Positions 10,276 to 20,295 are shown, counted from the first letter of the stretch. The stretch is DNA of 64,000 bases from Longimicrobiales bacterium (GCA_965248195.1 CBDFIQ010000001.1:288001-352000), one strand, 5' to 3'. Made by a program: numbers and translations. The notes: generated from the letters alone by a model not told the origin.

Positions 10276-10992
10276 ATGAGGGTTTCACACAGCCGATGGA
10301 CGATCGCCACGCTGCTCACCGTGGTCGCCAGCTCGGCCTGTGGTGGCGCCAGATCGGGAGTGGAGACGCCCCCGTCTCCGGCTGCGGTTTCGACCGCCGA
10401 GCTCGAGGCGCTTTACCTCGCCCGCTCCGACAGCGCCCGCATGCGATTCACCGAGGCGGACGTCGATTTCATGACCGGCATGATCAGCCATCACGCCCAG
10501 GCGCTCGAGATGGCGGGTCTCGCTCCCACGCGTGGGGCCAGCCCCTCGGTGCAGATCCTGACAGCCCGCACCATCAACGCTCAGCGAGACGAGATCACCT
10601 TGATGCAGCAGTGGCTCCGGGATCGCGGGCAGGCCGTTCCCGAGGTTTACACCGAGGGAGTCGACTCGACGGTGCGGGTGCCAGATGACGGGATGTTCAT
10701 GCCGGGGATGCTGACGGGTCAGCAGATGGGGGAGCTCGACGCAGCGAGGGGGCCGGACTTCGACCGCCTCTTCCTTACTTATATGATTCAACACCACGGA
10801 GGGGCCGTGATCATGGTTCACGACCTCTTCGCCACCGACGGCGCGGCGCTCGACGAGGCGGTCTTCAAGATCGCTTCCGACATCCAAGTGGATCAGACTA
10901 CCGAGATCGTGCGGATGGAGCGCATGCTGACCGAGATCGCTCGAATGGAGCGCAATCCAGGGGCGTTGCCCGCCAAGGGTCGGCTCCCTTGA
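10276..10992 (+). CDS. DUF305-family (ferritin-like) lipoprotein
   Basis: SSAC lipobox; ADVDFMTGMISHHAQALEMA and FDRLFLTYMIQHHGGAVIM. Confidence 0.88.
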   Translation: MRVSHSRWTIATLLTVVASSACGGARSGVETPPSPAAVSTAELEALYLARSDSARMRFTEADVDFMTGMISHHAQALEMAGLAPTRGASPSVQILTARTINAQRDEITLMQQWLRDRGQAVPEVYTEGVDSTVRVPDDGMFMPGMLTGQQMGELDAARGPDFDRLFLTYMIQHHGGAVIMVHDLFATDGAALDEAVFKIASDIQVDQTTEIVRMERMLTEIARMERNPGALPAKGRLP

Positions 10993-11027
10993 CTCACAGA
11001 CAGCCACTCTTTTTCCAGGACGTCCTC

Positions 11028-13043
11028 ATGACCTGCAAGCTTCCCGCGCACCAGCGCACCCCGTGGACAGTTGCTTACCACTTCTTGGCACTCCCGCTCG
11101 CTGCGGGCGTGCTTGGTCTGGCCGGCTGCGCCTCTGGCTCTGCCCCTTCGGGGACAGCCTCCGTGGCGCCCTCAGTGACGCTCGCCCGCACGGCAGCAGA
11201 GACTGCGCCGAGCCCCGACCCCCGTGTCGGCCTCGAGGCGGGGCTCTTCGATGCCGAAGAGGCGATATGGAACTTGAGCTTGATGTCGGCAACGCCACCC
11301 CCGCAGGACTTCGTGGGCATGACGAACTCCGACCTGGCCTTCAAGGATGACTACGCCATTCAGGGCAACTACAACGGCATCCAGGTGTGGAGCATCGAGG
11401 ATCCCCGACAGCCGTTGCTGGTGACGGGCTTTGTCTGCCCGGCGTCGCAAAGCGACGTCTCGGTCTACGGCGACCTTCTGTTCGTGTCCGGTGAGGGACT
11501 CGGCGGCCGGCTCGACTGTGGCACCGAGGGAGTCGACGAGTCCGTGAGCCCGGACCGCCTTCGTGGCATCCGGATCTTCGACATCAGCGACATCCGCAAC
11601 CCCGAGTACATCGCCAACGTGCAGACCTGCCGCGGGTCGCACACGCACACGGTGCTCAAGGACCCGAACGACGACCAGAACGTGTACGTCTACGTCTCCG
11701 GATCCTCGATGGTGCGTCCTGCCGAGGAGCTGGCCGGATGCTCCGGCGCTCCGTTGGACGAGGACCCCAATTCCGCGCTCTTTCGGATTGAGGTCATCAG
11801 AGTGCCGCTCGCCAATCCCGAGCAAGCTGCCATCGTGAGCTCGCCCCGGATCTTCACCGGCCTCGTCGCGCCCCCGGTCCATGGCCTGGCGCCTGACGAC
11901 CTCGCCGCCCTCGAGGAGGCGCGGGCGCGGGGTGCTTTCATCGCCGAATTCCCCGATGAACCGCAGATATTGCCGGACCCGCAGGTCGCGAACCTCCTAG
12001 CACAAGTCGTGGCCCGGCGCGGGGGCAGCGGCGCCGCGACGGCGGCGGACACCGTCGCCCTCCGCGCTTTCCTCGACGAGATAGTCGCTCAGCAGGCCGA
12101 CGCCGGTCCCGGCGCCGGTCCTACGCAGTGCCACGACATCACGGTGTACCCGGCGATTGGAGTGGCCGGCGGCGCTTGCGGCGGCTACGGGTTCCTCATC
12201 GACATCAGCGATCCCATCAACCCGGAGCGTATCGGGGCCGTCAGCGACGAGAACTTCGCCTACTGGCACTCGGCGACGTTCAACAACGACGGCACCAAAG
12301 TTCTCTTCACGGACGAGTGGGGAGGCGGAGGCGGGCCGAAGTGCCGCGCTAGCGATCCCACAGAGTGGGGTGCCGACGCGATCTTCACACTCGAAAACGG
12401 GCAGATGGAGTTCCAGAGTTACTACAAACTGCCCGCCCCGCAGACGCCAGAGGAGAACTGCGTGGCGCACAACGGCTCGCTGATCCCCATCCCGGGCCGC
12501 GACGTGATGGTACAGGGGTGGTACCAAGGAGGCATCTCGGTCTTCGACTGGACCGATCCAGGGAACCCGGTCGAGATCGCGTTCCACGACCGTGGGCCGC
12601 TGGACGCGACCCGCATGAGAATGGGCGGGAGCTGGTCGGTCTACTGGTACAACGGCGTGATCGTGAGCTCGGAGATCGCCCGTGGACTCGACATCTTCGA
12701 GCTCACGCCGAGCGCTCTCCTGTCGCAGAATGAGATCGACGCCGCCAAGTCGGTCAGGCTCGACTACCTGAACGCGCAGGGCCAGCCCCAGTTCGTCTGG
12801 CCGGCCACCTTCGCCCTCGCGGGAGCGTACCTGGACCAGCTCGAGCGGTCCGAAGGGCTGCCGGCGTCGCGGATCGAGTCCACGCGGCGGGAGCTCGCTG
12901 CTGCCGAGAGCGCCTCGGGGGCCGCGCGGCGGGGGGCGCTCGCCAGGATGGCCGACGAGCTGTCGGGTGAGGCCAGTGAGTCGCGCGACTCCGCCAGGGT
13001 GCGGATGCTGTCGGCGACCCTGCGGGAATTGGGGTCTCCGTGA
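11028..13043 (+). CDS. LVIVD-repeat beta-propeller lipoprotein
   Basis: LAGC lipobox; NSDLAF, GIRIFDISD, TCRGSHTHT, QCHD, AYWHSATF, NCVAHNGS; follows DUF305. Confidence 0.8.
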   Translation: MTCKLPAHQRTPWTVAYHFLALPLAAGVLGLAGCASGSAPSGTASVAPSVTLARTAAETAPSPDPRVGLEAGLFDAEEAIWNLSLMSATPPPQDFVGMTNSDLAFKDDYAIQGNYNGIQVWSIEDPRQPLLVTGFVCPASQSDVSVYGDLLFVSGEGLGGRLDCGTEGVDESVSPDRLRGIRIFDISDIRNPEYIANVQTCRGSHTHTVLKDPNDDQNVYVYVSGSSMVRPAEELAGCSGAPLDEDPNSALFRIEVIRVPLANPEQAAIVSSPRIFTGLVAPPVHGLAPDDLAALEEARARGAFIAEFPDEPQILPDPQVANLLAQVVARRGGSGAATAADTVALRAFLDEIVAQQADAGPGAGPTQCHDITVYPAIGVAGGACGGYGFLIDISDPINPERIGAVSDENFAYWHSATFNNDGTKVLFTDEWGGGGGPKCRASDPTEWGADAIFTLENGQMEFQSYYKLPAPQTPEENCVAHNGSLIPIPGRDVMVQGWYQGGISVFDWTDPGNPVEIAFHDRGPLDATRMRMGGSWSVYWYNGVIVSSEIARGLDIFELTPSALLSQNEIDAAKSVRLDYLNAQGQPQFVWPATFALAGAYLDQLERSEGLPASRIESTRRELAAAESASGAARRGALARMADELSGEASESRDSARVRMLSATLRELGSP

Positions 13044-13996
13044 ACATCGGTTTTCATCTCAGGAGTAGCCAACTCTTGGGTCCAACGGGCCGCCTGTTCG
13101 CCGTGAGTCTTGGAGTGATGCCATGGATTGCGGCCTGCGCTGGCGGCAACGCCGCTAAGAAGGTCCTCGTCATCGGACTCGACGGCATACGTGTCGACAT
13201 TCTCGCTGAGACTACCACACCCAACATCGACAGACTGATTGCCGAGGGTTTCTTCGACGACCAGGCCCGCACCAATGTGCGGACCGTGAGCGGCCCCGGG
13301 TGGTCGAGCATGCTCATCGGGGCACGCACCGACAAACACCTTGTGAGCAGCAACAACTTCACCGGGAACGACTACGCAACCTACCCCGATTTCCTCACCC
13401 GACTCGAGCAGGTGGATTCGAGCTTCAACACGTTCGCGGTCGTCGATTGGGCGCCACTGGGCACGACCGCATCAGGCGGTCCGTTGTTCGGCGACGCCAT
13501 CGACGAGCTGCTCTTCTTCAACGCTGGTGCAGAGGGATACGCCCGGGCGGATTCGCTGTCGGTCGATGCCGCCGTGGTGCGGCTTGAGACTGGGGATATC
13601 GACGCGGCGTTCGTCTATATCGGTGACACCGATCAAGTGGCACATGCCACCAGTACGTACGCGCCGGAATACAAGACCGCCATCGAGGTGGCAGACGTGC
13701 TCGTCGGTCGGCTCGTTGCCGCGATCCAAGCCCGGCCTACCTACGCTGACGAAGACTGGCTCATTCTAATGTGTACCGACCACGGGCGAACCGACGAGGG
13801 GGGACACGGCGGAGACTCGGACAAAGAGCGGACAATTTTCTTCCTCGCGCACGGTCCTTCGGTTGTTCGAGAACCGATCGAGACTACACCCAACATTGTC
13901 GACATTGCCGTGACCGCATTGACACACCTTGGAGTGGAGATCGATCCAGCGTGGAATCTGGATGGAAGGTCAGTCGCCTTGGGAGGTGAGAGGTGA
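13040..13996 (+). CDS. alkaline phosphatase superfamily (nucleotide pyrophosphatase/phosphodiesterase-like) lipoprotein
   Basis: VLVIGLDG, TVSGPGWSS, DQVAH, TDHG, GGHG; IAAC lipobox; GTGA overlap, start uncertain. Confidence 0.85.
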   Translation: MNIGFHLRSSQLLGPTGRLFAVSLGVMPWIAACAGGNAAKKVLVIGLDGIRVDILAETTTPNIDRLIAEGFFDDQARTNVRTVSGPGWSSMLIGARTDKHLVSSNNFTGNDYATYPDFLTRLEQVDSSFNTFAVVDWAPLGTTASGGPLFGDAIDELLFFNAGAEGYARADSLSVDAAVVRLETGDIDAAFVYIGDTDQVAHATSTYAPEYKTAIEVADVLVGRLVAAIQARPTYADEDWLILMCTDHGRTDEGGHGGDSDKERTIFFLAHGPSVVREPIETTPNIVDIAVTALTHLGVEIDPAWNLDGRSVALGGER

Positions 13997-14026
13997 GGGG
14001 TGAGGGGTGAGGGGTGAGAGGGTGAG
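13985..14026. repeat. heptamer tandem repeat (GGTGAGR) x~6
   Basis: GGTGAGA GGTGAGG GGTGAGG GGTGAGG GGTGAGA G GGTGAG, spanning the phosphatase stop. Confidence 0.85.
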
Positions 14027-14048
14027 CCTCCAGCCACCAGGAGGAATC

Positions 14049-14456
14049 ATGAGAGCGTTCAGCTCAAGCATTGCACTCGTCGCGCTACTGGTGTCGGCGC
14101 CCACGGACGGAGCGGCACAGGCGGACCTCGCGGGAGACTGGGTCATCGAGATAACGAGCGAGGCCGGCGAGCCCCAGGTTCGCTTGCGGGTCGAAATCGC
14201 CATGCTGCAGGACGGTCGATTGCTGGGGGGGACAGGCCTCGCAGGCCCCAACGAACTCCCCGAGATGACGGGCTCGATCGAGGGGTCAACTGTCCAGCTT
14301 TTCTGGGCCACCGACTTTGAGGGGACGCCCGTCGACTTCCACTTCACCGGCACCGCCACGGAGGATGGCATGTCCGGATCAGTTGTCGTCGATTTTGGAG
14401 AGGGCGGCGTCTCCCAGAGCAACTGGACCGCAACAAGAGCCGGACCTTTGGCATAG
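14049..14456 (+). CDS. small secreted beta-rich hypothetical protein
   Basis: RBS AGGAGG, signal peptide ending AAQA, LAGDW...WTATR. Confidence 0.75.
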   Translation: MRAFSSSIALVALLVSAPTDGAAQADLAGDWVIEITSEAGEPQVRLRVEIAMLQDGRLLGGTGLAGPNELPEMTGSIEGSTVQLFWATDFEGTPVDFHFTGTATEDGMSGSVVVDFGEGGVSQSNWTATRAGPLA

Positions 14457-14471
14457 GGTACGCCCTCGACA

Positions 14472-14963
14472 TCACGTACCCCCGTTCTGCATGAGACCCA
14501 AGCTGAACAGCAGTGCGGCGACCATCGCGGCGGCCGTCCGAACGTGGTTCCACATTGTCCACCGGCCCAGGTAGTGCTCCCACACGTCACGGGCGGCGGG
14601 GTCGGTGGCGGACACAGCGGCCAACTGGTCGTTCAGGGGAACGTTCCCGAGCACGGTGACGAGGAAGGTGCCCACGAGGTAGAAAAGCGCCCCGCCCAAG
14701 AAGAAGACCGCGGAGGGACGACCCCAGCCTGCCAAGGCGAGCCCACCCGCGCCGAGCGACACCACGGCCGTTCCCATGAACGCACCCAGAAACGAAGGGT
14801 TGAGCACGACGACGTTGATCGACTGCATCGCGCCGATGCCCTCAGCAGGGGGCACGCGCGCCAAGGCCTTCATCACGAAGCTCGAGAACGCAAAGAAGAT
14901 CCCGCCCACCAGGGCGGAGCCTAGCAGGGCCGTCGTCCCGACGACCGGTATGAGCTGGTCCAT
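14472..14963 (-). CDS. DUF1772/anthrone oxygenase-family membrane protein
   Basis: GGIFFAFSSFVMKAL, AMQSIN, NVPLN, WTMWNHVRT. Confidence 0.88.
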   Translation of the reverse strand: MDQLIPVVGTTALLGSALVGGIFFAFSSFVMKALARVPPAEGIGAMQSINVVVLNPSFLGAFMGTAVVSLGAGGLALAGWGRPSAVFFLGGALFYLVGTFLVTVLGNVPLNDQLAAVSATDPAARDVWEHYLGRWTMWNHVRTAAAMVAALLFSLGLMQNGGT

Positions 14964-14983
14964 TCCCCAACCTCCTTTCGAAG

Positions 14984-15829
14984 TCATGACGGTACGTCCC
15001 ACACGCCCGCAGCGGCGGTCTGGCGTGCAAACTCGGCGAAGTCCCGCGGCTCGCGACTCAGCGCTCGACGGACGCCGTCGGCCAGGTAAGCGTTCCGACC
15101 GTCGAGGACGGTGGCAAACAGATAGTTCAGCAGCCACAAGATGTCCTCTGGAAGGCCCGCCTCGGCCACGCCAGCCGCGAACGCCTCGGGCGGTATCTGG
15201 ATATATCGAATCGTGCGTCCGGTGGCCTGAGCGATCTCGTCCACCGCTTCAGCGAACGTGAGGAGTCGGGGCCCGGTGAGTTCGTAGATCTGGCCCGCGT
15301 GGCCGTCTTCGGTCAGCGCGGCGACGGCGACATCGGCGATGTCGTCCACGTCGACGAACGGCTCCGGGACGTCACCGGCGGGAAGCGTGATCTCGCCCGC
15401 GAGCACCATGTCGAGGAACTCTCCTTCGGAGAAGTTCTGGCAGAACCAGCTGGCGCGAACGACGGTCCACGCGACCTCCGGACGCTGGATGATCAGCTCG
15501 CACAGCTGCGCCTCTTCCTCCCCTCGACCCGACAGGAGGACCAGCCGCCGGACGCCGCGCTCGACGGCTCGCTCGACGAAGGCGCGGATGGCGTCGGTCG
15601 CTCCGGGGATGGCGAGGTCGGGGGCGTAGCTGATGTAAGCCGCGGTAACTCCATCGAGCGCGGCTTCCCACGTGCTCTCGTCCCCCCAGTCGAAGCGCGG
15701 ATCGCCGCCCCTCGACGCGACGCGCGTAGGCACGCTACGGTTCGCCAGCCGCTCCACGACGCGCCGGCCAGTCTTGCCGGTCCCGCCCAGAACGAGCGTG
15801 AGTCCTTCGGACCGTGTGGTGCTGTTCAT
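14984..15829 (-). CDS. NmrA-like NAD(P)H-binding atypical SDR
   Basis: LVLGGTGKTG, LLSGRGE, WFCQNFSEG, FVDVDDIADVA. Confidence 0.9.
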   Translation of the reverse strand: MNSTTRSEGLTLVLGGTGKTGRRVVERLANRSVPTRVASRGGDPRFDWGDESTWEAALDGVTAAYISYAPDLAIPGATDAIRAFVERAVERGVRRLVLLSGRGEEEAQLCELIIQRPEVAWTVVRASWFCQNFSEGEFLDMVLAGEITLPAGDVPEPFVDVDDIADVAVAALTEDGHAGQIYELTGPRLLTFAEAVDEIAQATGRTIRYIQIPPEAFAAGVAEAGLPEDILWLLNYLFATVLDGRNAYLADGVRRALSREPRDFAEFARQTAAAGVWDVPS

Positions 15830-15974
15830 GTCGTTCGACCTCCTCTGATACCGCTGACACCGCGTGATCGGGGTCCACTCGGAAAAGACCTTTGAAATCC
15901 TTATCCCTTGTCAGCGCTGAACTCCGATCTGGGCAGAAGCAGCTCCCGGGTGGGGAGGCGCGCGCTGGCAGCGA

Positions 15975-16144
15975 AACCCATCTTGTCTATTAGATGAGTG
16001 AAGCGTTCGTCGCTCCTTATCAGGCCCAGAAAACCAAAGGACGGAACAGAAATGAGTAGCGCCGAGTGCCTGCATGAGAGCCGTGTACCCGACCCCATCC
16101 GTGAACATCGCGGCTGAAAGACGACGTGGCTGTTCCTCGGTCAT
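15975..16144 (-). pseudogene. relic of an adenylate/guanylate cyclase-TPR protein (extreme N- and C-termini only)
   Basis: MTEEQPRRLSAAMFTDGVGYTALMQ (class III cyclase start) joined out of frame to ...LGLIRSDERFTHLIDKMGF (typical tail of these proteins). Confidence 0.7.
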
Positions 16145-16301
16145 GCGGGGAACATGCGTCTAAGGCGTATTGAGCGGCAAGCGTGTCGCACGCTACCCGG
16201 ATCGTACCCAACGGGCTACGATGCCATCAACAGCGGTACGAATCCTGCGGCAGGTGTCATGGACGATGGTAACACTCACTCGGGGTGGAGGCTCGACGAC
16301 C

Positions 16302-16892
16302 GTGTTTGACAAGACGATCAAAGACCGGGAAGTCACAGGACGGGAGCGGAACACCGCTGACACAGGGGGGAGCGTCTCACTAATCTCGAAGGAGATGCAC
16401 ATCAAGGGGCACTGTGAGACAGACGGCCAGTTGCGAATAGAGGGGAAGATCTCGGGCAACGTCACCGCACACGGCATCGAGTTGGCGGCGTCGGGCTCGG
16501 TAAAAGGAGACGTCATCGCAGCCGAAAAGGCCAAGTCGGACCAGGTCTTCATTATCAGCGGTCTGGTCACCGGCGCCGTCCACGCGCCTCAGGTCGAAGT
16601 GCTACAGGGTGGCAAGGTGCACGGCGGAATCGTCGCGGACGAGGCCGTCATCCACGGGCAGGTGCGCGGCGGAGTTCTAGCGCGGAGCCGGCTAGCCCTC
16701 GAGGAGACGGCCGAGGTCGAGGGCGATGTCCACGCCCGTCGTCTGGCGCTCAAAGACGGGGGACAGGTGAACGGCAACATCCACATGGGAGATCGCGCGG
16801 ACGTCGGGTCCTCGGGTAAAGAGCCTGCGCCCGTCGCAGACCCGGTCGAAGCTGAGGACGAGGGCCTGGTTTCGGCGAAACCCGTCACTTAG
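16302..16892 (+). CDS. bactofilin / polymer-forming cytoskeletal protein
   Basis: SLISKEMHIKG..LRIEGKISGNV, G.V.G repeats, GGQVNG; GTG start (MFDK) with RBS GGAGG; upstream starts possible. Confidence 0.88.
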   Translation: MFDKTIKDREVTGRERNTADTGGSVSLISKEMHIKGHCETDGQLRIEGKISGNVTAHGIELAASGSVKGDVIAAEKAKSDQVFIISGLVTGAVHAPQVEVLQGGKVHGGIVADEAVIHGQVRGGVLARSRLALEETAEVEGDVHARRLALKDGGQVNGNIHMGDRADVGSSGKEPAPVADPVEAEDEGLVSAKPVT

Positions 16893-16936
16893 GCCACGGC
16901 GGGGCCTGGCGATCCGGAGTCGGATGTAGCTACGTC

Positions 16937-18139
16937 ATGACCGAGCCCAACCCGATCGACGCAACCACTCTCGCTGAGCACTATACACGCTTTCGCGTCG
17001 CGGAGCGCCTGCTGATCACAGGTCACTCGCACCAAGCGTGGCCCGACGTCTCCTTTGAGGCTCAGCAACAGGCATGGCTCGACGCCGCACGGCATGTGGA
17101 TCGGAAATGGGCCTTCGCCGAGGTAAAGGCCGAGCGGTATCGAGAGACCCTCGCCGCGCTGCTCGACGACCAAGCCGGTTTCGTGGCCCTCGGACGAAGC
17201 ACGCACGAGCTCGTCACCCGCGTCCTTTCCGCCCTCCCCCTGGCCGCAAGACCGCGTCTGGTCACGACGAACGGTGAGTTTCACAGTATCCGACGCCAGC
17301 TCGATCGTTTGTCCGAGGAGATGGTCGAGGTCGTCAAGGTCGCGGCTCTTCCGGCCTCCACGCTGGCCGAGCGGCTGATCGTCGAAGTGAACGATCGCAC
17401 GGCCGCGGTGCTCGTATCGCACGTGCTCTTCCAGAACGCCCATATCGTTCCGGGGCTGGGTGGCGTCCTGGAGGCCTGTGAGAGGGTCGGCGCCGAGCTG
17501 CTGGTGGACGCATATCACTCCACCAACGTGGCCCCTCTCTCATTGCCCGAGGAGGGGCTCGATGGCGCCTTCGTCGTTGGGGGTGGCTACAAGTACATGC
17601 AAATGGGCGAGGGGAACTGCTGGCTGAGATTCCCGCGGGACTGTCGGCTCCGACCGGTCCTCACGGGCTGGTTCAGCGAGTTCGCTACACTGGCTGACGA
17701 CAAGACGGCGAGTGGGAGGTCGGACCGGGAGAGCCGCGTCACATACGGCGAGGGTCCCACCCGCTTCGCCGGCGCGACATACGACCCCACCAGTCACTAT
17801 CGAGCCGCCGCGGTTTCGGATTTCTTCGCAGAGCAGGGCCTCACCCAAGACCGCCTGCGCGCCTGCAGCCAGTACCAGATTGGACTCCTCGCTGCCGAGA
17901 TCGACACGCTCGATCTCGATCCGGCTGTGGTGGACCGAGACCGTTCGGTGCCTTTGGAATCGCTCGGCGGATTCCTCGCTTTGAGTTCTCCGGAGGCTCC
18001 CCGTATCACGGCCGCCTTGGCGGAGCGTGGCGTACACGTCGACCGCCGAGGTAATGTTCTCCGGCTCGGTCCGGCACCCTATCTGACGGATGAGCAGTTG
18101 CAGGAGGCCGTGAGTACGCTGGGGGAAGTGTTGGCCTGA
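16937..18139 (+). CDS. kynU: kynureninase-like PLP enzyme (class V aminotransferase fold)
   Basis: GHSHQAWPD, DAYHS, GGGYKY, TGWF, RFAGATYDP, LRLGPAPY. Confidence 0.8.
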   Translation: MTEPNPIDATTLAEHYTRFRVAERLLITGHSHQAWPDVSFEAQQQAWLDAARHVDRKWAFAEVKAERYRETLAALLDDQAGFVALGRSTHELVTRVLSALPLAARPRLVTTNGEFHSIRRQLDRLSEEMVEVVKVAALPASTLAERLIVEVNDRTAAVLVSHVLFQNAHIVPGLGGVLEACERVGAELLVDAYHSTNVAPLSLPEEGLDGAFVVGGGYKYMQMGEGNCWLRFPRDCRLRPVLTGWFSEFATLADDKTASGRSDRESRVTYGEGPTRFAGATYDPTSHYRAAAVSDFFAEQGLTQDRLRACSQYQIGLLAAEIDTLDLDPAVVDRDRSVPLESLGGFLALSSPEAPRITAALAERGVHVDRRGNVLRLGPAPYLTDEQLQEAVSTLGEVLA

Positions 18140-18264
18140 GGCACCGCGCAGCGTCAGAGCGGTAGACGGTCCCGTTTGCGTTGTGTGCCTATCGTGTGCC
18201 GCGTATGCTATCCGTTCAAATGATGACTCCACTTCGGGTAACTTTCATGAAGGACGGTATCCGT

Positions 18265-20295
18265 ATGTTGAGGATGACCTGCGTGCTGATGCTTCTCACC
18301 GTGGCTCCGGCCCTGGCCCAAGATTATACGATTGTCGCAGTCAGCCACACCGACAACAAAGTGTCAGAGGTCGATCCGCGCACGGGGGAGATCCTCAGGG
18401 AGTTCGTGGTACCGGGTGAGTGGTTTGGAGAGACCCATGAGGGCGCCGTCAGTCCGGATGGCAGGACAATTTACGTGTCGGTGCCCTACGCGAAGCAGGT
18501 CATCATTCTGGACTTGGATACCTTCGCGGAAAAAGGGGCGATCGAATCCGAATACTTTTCGCGGCCTTCACAAGTACGAGGGTTTGCGCGAATAGGGCGG
18601 CGCGAATCGACTTCCAGCGACCCTCATGGTGTGGCGCTCAACAGCGACGGGAGCAAGCTGTACATCACGGTCGAGCATGCGGAAGTGCCCGGTGTAGTGG
18701 TCTACGACGTCGAGGCCGGGACCGTCAAGAAGATCGACACGGTGATCGCGGGCAACTATCTGTGGGTCCATCCGCGCACTGACAAACTCTACTTTCCGAC
18801 TCGTAATGACCGCGTAGTCGTCATCGATACGAAGACTGACCGGATTCTCAAGGTCATCCGGCTCCACGAAGGTAGCCGTCCTAACGGGGTCGACTTCGGA
18901 GGCCCGAACGACGAAGTGTGGGTCAATGGGGATGGAGACGGCTCGGTAACCGTCATTGACTCGACCACCGACGAGGTGATCATGGTAATCCAACCCCGCA
19001 TCGCGGGGGCAGGACGCGTCGCCGTCTCACCAGACGGCCGGTTCGCGGCCGCGACACACGGTCCAGAGGTGTCCATCATCGACACGCGGACGAAAGAGAT
19101 CGTGGCCAACCTGAAGATCAGTCCGAATGACAGAGGGCATGGCTTCCCACTGTTCTCACCCGATAGCAATACGCTGCACGTGATGAACGAACTCTCGGAC
19201 GATATGGTGACGTTCGATATGGAGACGATGAGGCAGGTTGGCGCCCGCACCCCGATCGGTGGTGCGGTCTTCGGTGGTGGTATTCGCCTAGCTCCGGCCG
19301 CCGCCCAGTCCAATCCGTATCGGCAGGTCGAGGCACCGATGCCCCCGGCGCACCTGAATGGAGGAGAATGGGGGGAGATGATTCAGGTGCGTGTGGGTCC
19401 CGAGGGCAACGTCTTCGTTCTGCATCGATGTTTCAAGGTCGTGCTGGGAGATCCTGGAGTGGCTCCGGGGCACTCCGACGGCCTGAGCGCCGATTGTTTT
19501 GGGAGGTGGGCCCCTCATCCGCCGATCTTGAAATTCGCCCCGTCAGGCGAGTTCCTGGCGGGCTTCGGCGTCGGATTGTTGGGCAGACCTCACGGCTTCG
19601 CTGTGGACCACGAGGGAAACATGTGGGTCACCGATGTCGGTCTTGTCCCAAACCAGATGGGCGCTGTCGTTGTGAAGCTCAGTCCGGGCGGGGAAGTCCT
19701 GATGACGCTCGGCACCCCCGGTGTCACTGGGCAAGGTCCCGACACGTTTAATCGGCCAAGCGGGGTCGCTGTGGCCCCAAACGGCGAGATCTTCGTCACG
19801 GATGGGGAAGGCCCCAACAACCGGGTGGTGAAGTTCACTAGTGAAGGTCGCTTCATAAAGGCATGGGGCTCGACGGGATCGGAGCCCGGTAACTTCAGCA
19901 GCCCCCACGACCTCGCGATCGATTCCCGCGGGCGAGTGTTCGTTGCCGACCGGGGAAACAGTCGAGTCCAGATCTTCGACCAGGACGGAAACTTCCTCGA
20001 CCAGTGGAGAAATTTTGGCCGTCCCAGCGGGATCTTTATCAACAGAGAGACGGACGTGCTCTATACGACCGACTCACAATCGAACTCCAGGAACAATCCG
20101 GGTGTCCGCAGGGGAATCTACATTGGGAGCGCCATAACCGGTGAGGTCACGTATTTCATTCCGGATCCCGACCTCGCCATCGCTGACCGGACCCGAATCT
20201 CCGGCGCTTCGGGCGTGGCGGCAGACGCCACGGACACCGTCGTGTATGGGGCGGACGTGGCCCCATGGCAGTTGCGAAAATATATCAGGCCTTAG
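18265..20295 (+). CDS. secreted fusion: YncE/YVTN-like beta-propeller + NHL-repeat (PAL-like) propeller
   Basis: Signal peptide; SPDG/VIDT repeats; after RLAPAAAQ come NHL repeats (FNRPSGVAVAPNGEIFVTDG, PHDLAIDSRGRVFVADRGNSRVQIFD). Confidence 0.85.
   Translation: MLRMTCVLMLLTVAPALAQDYTIVAVSHTDNKVSEVDPRTGEILREFVVPGEWFGETHEGAVSPDGRTIYVSVPYAKQVIILDLDTFAEKGAIESEYFSRPSQVRGFARIGRRESTSSDPHGVALNSDGSKLYITVEHAEVPGVVVYDVEAGTVKKIDTVIAGNYLWVHPRTDKLYFPTRNDRVVVIDTKTDRILKVIRLHEGSRPNGVDFGGPNDEVWVNGDGDGSVTVIDSTTDEVIMVIQPRIAGAGRVAVSPDGRFAAATHGPEVSIIDTRTKEIVANLKISPNDRGHGFPLFSPDSNTLHVMNELSDDMVTFDMETMRQVGARTPIGGAVFGGGIRLAPAAAQSNPYRQVEAPMPPAHLNGGEWGEMIQVRVGPEGNVFVLHRCFKVVLGDPGVAPGHSDGLSADCFGRWAPHPPILKFAPSGEFLAGFGVGLLGRPHGFAVDHEGNMWVTDVGLVPNQMGAVVVKLSPGGEVLMTLGTPGVTGQGPDTFNRPSGVAVAPNGEIFVTDGEGPNNRVVKFTSEGRFIKAWGSTGSEPGNFSSPHDLAIDSRGRVFVADRGNSRVQIFDQDGNFLDQWRNFGRPSGIFINRETDVLYTTDSQSNSRNNPGVRRGIYIGSAITGEVTYFIPDPDLAIADRTRISGASGVAADATDTVVYGADVAPWQLRKYIRP

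Noticed and set aside
16937..18139. Complete tryptophan/kynurenine pathway cluster
   Set aside because: No tryptophan dioxygenase or kynurenine formamidase gene is recognisable in the window
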